In this document: positions 53,141-64,000 of the stretch, in pieces
How the letters are laid out: each line of letters begins with the position of its first letter
Numbering within the stretch: the stretch's first letter is position 1
NCBI GenBank assembly: GCA_964016885.1
Contig: OZ024753.1
Span: 3,844,001 to 3,908,000, forward strand
Direction of reading: 5' to 3'
Length of the DNA: 64,000 nt
From: Eledone cirrhosa
Lineage: Eukaryota
The notes under the pieces: model-generated
What the model was told of the DNA's origin: nothing
Seen by the model: the letters and a program-made list of their open reading frames with translations, nothing else
The model's database searches: none
Made by a program: the position numbers and the translations under genes

Positions 53141-54124
53141 TTAAGGATTCCTTATTGCGTCAAGATGCAGTTATTTTACTCTGTTGCCTTATTTATAAAT
53201 ACAACATGTACACAACATTTTCATGCGTATGAATAGAACACATGTATAAATTATATGTATCGACGAGAAGTTCGAATGGCGCCTACAAATCACATCTGAA
53301 CTGATAGCATTGCCAAATGTTAAAGCGTACGTTCCAAATCTGGCTTGACCCATTACTGACATTAAGAGACACTGTAAACAGCAGAACTATATGTACTAAA
53401 AGCTCTGCACGCACCAAGTGGTAATACGAAGGAACCAATAACATCCATAGAATTTTAAGAGTACTTCTCAATCAATTCTTTTTGCGATAATTTACATTCG
53501 AAGACTTTTGCTGATTTTAAGAAAACGTGTGCCTGGAATCTTTATTAGAAAATGTAAAGAAATGTTGATAGGATTTCTAAATAGGAGAAAGGAAATAGAT
53601 ACCACCCTGCATTTCGTATAGTAACGTTTGTTGAAATCTTATCTTAATAGTACCGCAGAAGTTACGTCGAAAGATCCTTGTACTCACTGTTTAAATCACA
53701 TTTAGTTTCCATTGCTATTATATTAATGTATAAATTGAAGAAACGTTTTTCAAAAAAGCAGCAACAAAGATATAAAAAAATGAAACGGAAAAGAAAACTG
53801 TTTATTGTAGTCCCATAGAAGCAAAAGTGTATTCGTGTATACTGCTTTTCTGCGTTGCAGAAGTGAGAAGAAATCTTATGTAAATGTTAAAATAGACGTT
53901 TTTATCAGACTGGCTGAGTACACAACAGTGATTTGTTGAGGAGATGATGTAGCGAAAAAAAGAAAAAAAATCAAAAAGAAGTAGGAAAAGAAAGAAGAAA
54001 TCAAAAAATCAAAACAATGACCTCTTCTTCGTAGAGATCTACAATCACAGCACTTAACCAAGTAACGATACCGTAGTCAGCCATCATTGAATTTGCAGAT
54101 AAGTGTTCACCAACAACTATTAGC

Positions 54125-54490
54125 ATATATATATATATACATATATTTATATATATGTGTGTGTGTGTGTATGTGTGTGTGTGTATGTGTATGTGTGTAT
54201 GTGTGTGTGTGTATGTGCGTGTGTGTATGTGTGTGTGTGTATGCGTGCGTGTGTATGCATGCGTGTGTGTATGCATGCGTGTGTGTATGCATGCGTGTGT
54301 GTGTATGCATGCGTGTGTGTGTATGCATGCGTGTGTGTGTATGCATGCGCGCGTGTGCGCGTGTGTGTGTGCGCGCGCATGTGTGTAGATAGATAAATAG
54401 ATGTGTGTGTGTGTGTGTGTGGACATATATAGATATATGCAAATGTATATACACACATATGCGTGTGCGCACGTGCCTGTGTAAATGTGT
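54125..54490. repeat. (TG)n / TGTATGCATGCG compound microsatellite
   Basis: Directly visible. Confidence 0.95.
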
Positions 54491-55832
54491 ATGTGTAAAG
54501 GAAGAGTTGCTTGCCGTCTATCATGTTTGGCGCCATTACTGACCTTTCAATGTGTTTCATTAATGTTTGAATGTTTGAACAGCTTCTTTTATAGAAACAT
54601 AGAACCGAAGATGAATAAAACATAGTCGCAATGATGATGATGATGATGACGCTGATAATGATAATAATAATAATAATAATAATAATGAATAATAATAATA
54701 ATATCATTAGTATTATTCCTAAATTTTTCTAAGCTCGTTTTCATACAGATTTAACATTATTTGATAACTACAGCTAGAAAGATTGGCTAAATATAATGTG
54801 ACGATTTTCTGATTAAGTGAATGTCGAGAAAAGATCTGCAATAGAAATATTATCGAAAGTCAACGTGGTTATATCGGAAAAACTATAATAATGTTAACAC
54901 TATTCCATGATATTTATGAAAATGTCACTGTATTAAACAATATTGAGTAAAATGGATTTATATTTAAGAAAATGTTATTACATTTCATAAAATATTTTAT
55001 CTCACAAAAGAAGAAATTCGATAAAATGAAATTTACATTTCATAACGCTTTCATAAAACGCCATTGAAATTAAGGAAATATTTTATAGAGGAAAATGTCA
55101 TTACATTTCATAACTGGCAAGTAACATCCGAGGCAAAATATTACCGGAATTACATTTAAAATAAAAGAGTAGCTGGATATCCGACAAATTATTCAATTAA
55201 AAGAAATGCCACCTGCTGCTTGGAAAATTGAAGTCGATAAAGGATACTTCATTCCAAAACTGGATTCTCGGAAAATAATCAACAAAGAAAAAATGCATAG
55301 CTCCATTGTAAATAAATACATAAATAACATGAAGACATAAAATCCGAAATAAGGAATACAATTTACGATATGGAAATAAGATCTTGAAAATCACATTTCT
55401 GCAAAGTTAAATAGATATATGAGATACTATCATTCAGTCTCAGAAAAGATTAAAATTTGTATCTTGTTAACAATATTAATAGAAATATTTATTCGGATAA
55501 AGGATTCATCTTCATAAACGATTATGATAAAATAAGCAACAGGATTAACAATTTCTCTTTCTAATTTCTGTTGTATTATTGCTCAAAAATAGATAAGATA
55601 TTTTATTATAGCAAATAACTTATACAGAAAATAGGGCAACCCTTGAAAAGCAAGACACGAAGAAAACTATTTAAGAATACCTTTCCAGTCTGTTGCTGAG
55701 AAAGTTTCAGTAGCTGTACGGAAACGTTATTTTCATTTTCTTGGAACATATACAAACCTGAAGTACAAAAACGGAGTATGCATACTAAAAGTGTATAGAC
55801 TGATAGAGATAGTGAGACGGAAAGTTGCACAT

Positions 55833-55885
<53 letters not shown>

Positions 55886-58439
55886 GATGGATATAGAGAG
55901 AGCATGAAAGAAGAGAGAGAATGAAAGAAGAAAGTGTGAGAAAGAGGAGATATAGAGACGGTAGGTTTGTCGAAGAGAAGAATTCCTGCCTTAGCGAATC
56001 TTATCATTCGACCATTTTGAATGCCATACATTTTTGAATGGCTCAGCTGAACGATCAGACAAGGTTACGGAACAGAAAAAAAACAAAAAACAAAAGCAAC
56101 GATGTTATAAAAAAAGATATAACATCACCAAAAAACAAGAAAAAATAATATACCATTAGCAGTAGCAGCAGTGCCAAGGAAAAGTAATAAGTGAGGACTT
56201 AACGAAAATTAAACTACCTCCACAAAACAACGAGTAACTTAGTCTATTATAGATGTCTTTGATCTTACCAGAGTTACACGTTAGGAATTATAATGCTAAT
56301 TAAATGTTCTGGTTTGGATAATACTTGGAATCTTCTTTGAAGAATAAGGATTAAATCGTCTGAAAATAGAATTTCGTTTGTCTTTCTACACGAAGGCAAT
56401 TTAACAAAAAATACTAAATAAAAACAATAAAAACACCAAGTAAAAGTAAGGAAATTATAAAAAATAAAAATAAATAACGAACAAACAGTACAAGGGAAAT
56501 AAAGTGATTTTCAGTAAGATATAGAAAGGTAAATAAATAAATGAAGGTGATTATTTGTGAGTGAAAAAGAACATATTTTACTATAAATATTTCATCGCTT
56601 ATAAATATGATGTAGTAATTCTGTGAATGTGTACTTGTAGGACAGTGAGCAAGACCCTATTGTGTGAATGAATATGAATGTGCTTGTGTGTGCTTTCGTG
56701 TATATTTTGTGCCCATACTTGACAAAAATATCTGAACAATATTGAATATAATTATGTAACATACACTCCTCAGCCATATATGCATACATTTACACATACA
56801 CATAAATACATAAATTGCTCAGAGACTGAAAATTCTAGAATTAACGGAAATGGGTGTGTGTGGAAAATCAAATCATGCTTCTCTCGGATACTGGATGATT
56901 GCATTAACCTGTCATTTGCCTTGGAGCAACTGCATTTCATATTCAAACATTTCTCAATTCCTCCCAAGTCAATCATTGTTTACACTTCTAGCTATATATT
57001 TAAAATCTAAAACGATGGAATTAGTAGATACTCGGTGATTGGTAGGGTGGTTAACACCTGGAACCTGTAAAATGAAGGGCTCGATTGAACTCAGAATCTC
57101 CGTCAATGATTTCCCAACTCCAAGGTTACATTTTCTTTAAAAAATGAGTCATAGTGATTGATTATTTTACAGTCATTTACATTGGGGGGGGGGACTACAT
57201 ATACATCGTCCAATGTTTGATATGTCAACCGCTGTTTGTGTGCCTGTGTATGTACACACATACCCACACCTACCTATATATATATATTTCCATACATACA
57301 CGCATCAACAGATATGTTGTTGATACAGTTGACGTTTACACGAAATTCATGCATACGTTTAGTATTAATCTCCTGATATGTTGTTTGTTCTTACTTCATT
57401 GATTTCAGGCCAGATATACTTCTAAGCACAGCATTAACATATTTGAATGACATATTCATCTTCATTGTAACGTTTATATTTTGTGTGTGAATTATATTCT
57501 GGGTCTCGAAATCCTTGCCTTATAATATATTCGGTATAACTTATAGCTATGTTAATTTCACGATTTGTTAAAATATAAATAAATCTATTGTTAAAACTCA
57601 ATGTTTTATTTTGTTTATGACGGAATGGGTTATCCTTCTCCCCAAACCCAATCATAAACGAAGCTTCGATATTTACATAATATATTCTAGTTTACAGTCC
57701 CAAAATAAAAAAAATTATTTCGATTATCCTATTATCCTGCCCAATTTGATTGGCGTATACATGGAATTTCAGAGAGAGAGAGAGATCCTTATATATATAT
57801 ATATATATATATTGAATGTTTAATATAGTTAAGAGAAATCGAAACGTATGGCAAAGAGCAGGATAGTGTTAAGTAATTCAAATTTCAAAATACAATTGAA
57901 GCTGCCCGAAACCATATAATAAAACACTTAAACATTTCTTCATCAAAACTCTATTGTGTTTTATTTTAATATATATATTCCAATCGCATGTTTTCTAGAT
58001 ATCAGCTGAGAATCTAAATAAAAAAATATTTCTATTACGAGAAGTTCTGTCTCCAAAATCCCATCTCAAAATGTCTCATAGAAATATGTATTTTTATTTT
58101 ATCATGTCTCTCTTGAAATGTAATTTATTACGACTTCAATACAATTCATATATCACGAATTGTTTTTCCTGCATACTCTCTGGTACATGTTGAGTATAGC
58201 TTATCTTTCAGATTTTTATTGTTTGATAAAATACAATGTTACAGTTAAAATTGTCGGTGGTGGTTTTATAATTAATTGCATATATATTTTCAATCGTAAT
58301 GCGATGCAGCTTGACGACACGTCCAGCAATTTCGATTCAGATAGCATCAACTGTCTATTGCCTAAAAGAAAGTTTTTTTATTCTTCTCCGAATTTTAAAC
58401 ACGCTTAGTTTAAAATCTAGCTTAGTTGATGCAGCATTA

Positions 58440-58555
58440 CCGGATGGTTTGGTGGTTTAATTACTGATCATTAGGTTGCTGGTTCGATCTCACTACGCGT
58501 TTTCTTGGGCAAGTTTTATTTAACATGGACTCGGAGTGACCCGTGGCTTGCGATA
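58440..58555 (+). mobile_element. Degenerate tRNA-derived SINE head (different family)
   Basis: B-box GGTTCGATCTC preceded by an A-box-like GGTGGTTTAA and followed by TCTTGGGCAAG. Confidence 0.5.
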
Positions 58556-58633
58556 GAAAAAAATTAGAAGCATGTTAAATCCTCAGCAACTCGTACCATG
58601 ATTTCATTCAGGTCCTGTTACGTTCAAAGAAAA

Positions 58634-62445
<3,812 letters not shown>

Positions 62446-63464
62446 GGGGGGGGCAGCATTAATAATGATTGATTTCATTTCAATTATGCCAATGTAAACC
62501 AAGGTTGTTCACTGATACAGACAACCTGATAATTCCGATCAAGTTTATTTGGTCCGATGATAAATAACATCATAGAAAATAGACGAAATATCCTATGCCA
62601 TTTTTCCATCTCTCATTTCCATCTTCATTAGGGATATAATATATTATCTGTATTATTTCGGTGACTTCTTCATACTTTCGTTTTGCTTTTAATCAAAACA
62701 CTTAATTAGGTCTCGTGGATAATCGAAATAATTTCTTCATTTCAACCCAACCACTCGTATTTTGTCCTAGAACTACATGGAATAATAAGGTCCCGTTTAA
62801 AGATTTACATTTGGACATTTCATCACGCTAGAATAGAAACTGGTGCCTTATATACAGCACATATCGAAGAGAAATGTAATCTTTCTCAGAAAAATGTACG
62901 TTAGTGTTCTACATTCCATGCGTAAAAACGTAACTTAAGCTATCAGGAAAAGAAACGTATAATCTATATTTACTTATAAGAGACTAGTAGTTCTATTGTA
63001 TCATAACTACTTTATCTTCCATTCGCTGTTTTTCTTGGTAACACTCATCAGTCTGAAAAAGTAAAGTATTTCTAATTCAAAGAAATCTTTCTTCAAAACC
63101 TTTTCTCTCAAAATAAAATGTATCTCAAATATCAAAGTTGCTATTTACTTTCCAGCTAAGCATTCTGAAACTTTTCAAAGATATATGATGCCAAACGTCT
63201 CGTAAAGCATCGACTAAATTCAACTATATATTTAGATTTGTTATCCGTACATTGTGCGTATTTATAATATATGACATCGATTCATTGTTGATATCTCCAT
63301 ATATTTTATTACTTTAAAATCTGTAAATTGTGAGAAAATATTTTTTATAGATAATACAACATTTTTCTATATAAATAGTTTACAAAATTTGTAATGTGAC
63401 ATTATAAAAGACTACTTGCAATTCACTGTTCTCACTTTATGTGTGTTATAAAGGGAGGTACAAA

Positions 63465-63730
63465 CTAGGTCATGGAAATTGAAGGCGTGATTATAGATGG
63501 AGAAGGATAGGTTGGGAAAAATCCGGAATTGACCGTGTAAGAAAAATAAGAAAGGAGTGTCATAGGAGCTACATGAGAAGAATGGTAAGCGGATTTTGCG
63601 AAGTGAGGAATTTGTCGGTTAAAACCTTTTGACTTCCATAAAATCAACTTTATGGAAGTCAAAAGGGTGAAATGCAACGTAATGAAACGTGATTTGAAAC
63701 TTAAGAGTTTCACGGAGTAAGATCGCAATG
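63465..63730 (-). mobile_element. Possible CR1/L2-group LINE ORF2 fragment (upstream of RT)
   Basis: ORF 63465-63728 segment LLSYFSYTVNSGFFPTYPSPSIITPSISM loosely resembles the pre-RT linker of CR1-group elements; locally higher GC. Confidence 0.3.
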
Positions 63731-63906
63731 CGTTTGGCTTGACATTCTAACAATTTGTTGTTATTCTTCGAATGAAATTTTTTATAGGTTTTATTATAGT
63801 TTTTGTATTTAACTAATGTTAGTAGAAACCTTAATAGAAAACAAAATCGAAGCAAGAAAATGAGATGGAATATGTAACCACCAATGCATTATTATTACCG
63901 TCCTCA

Positions 63907-64000
63907 GGGCGATGGATTGGTTTAATCGATAGAGCGTCGGACAACATTCTTCATGGCAGAGAATTAGGGCCTTTCAGTTCTGAGTTCAAATACCGCCGTG
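63907..64000 (+). mobile_element. Main-family SINE head, cut by the window end
   Basis: GGGCGATGGATTGG..GATAGAGCGTCGGAC...TCTGAGTTCAAATACCGCCG. Confidence 0.85.

Overview
Gene-poor, AT-rich animal DNA dominated by (TA/CA)n microsatellites and decayed transposons. The SINE family and repeat landscape suggest an octopus (cephalopod) genome, which is an inference. No intact host protein-coding gene is supported, and nearly all long ORFs in the track are microsatellite artefacts. Recognisable elements are a ~2.0 kb CMC/Chapaev3-type DNA transposon with a disrupted DDE transposase (10020-12049), many copies of one tRNA-derived SINE (three with clear 16-19 bp TSDs), decayed RTE, R4/Dong-like and CR1/L2-like LINE fragments, and four copies of a short bipartite RTE-derived retroposon ending in a C2H2 zinc-finger remnant. 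The most striking feature is a set of short non-coding islands in or beside (TA)n tracts that carry type I hammerhead ribozyme motifs. The core is complete at 17908-17986(-), 32234-32381(-), 32381-32528(+) and 35429-35472(-), and near-complete or partial at several other sites. Several islands are fold-back palindromes whose apex or junction lies inside a ribozyme helix, and one is a ~654-bp unit with an ~80-bp terminal redundancy. Together they look like a multi-family system of non-autonomous Penelope-like/retrozyme elements that target TA microsatellites. All structures were read by eye; none was computed or searched against a database.
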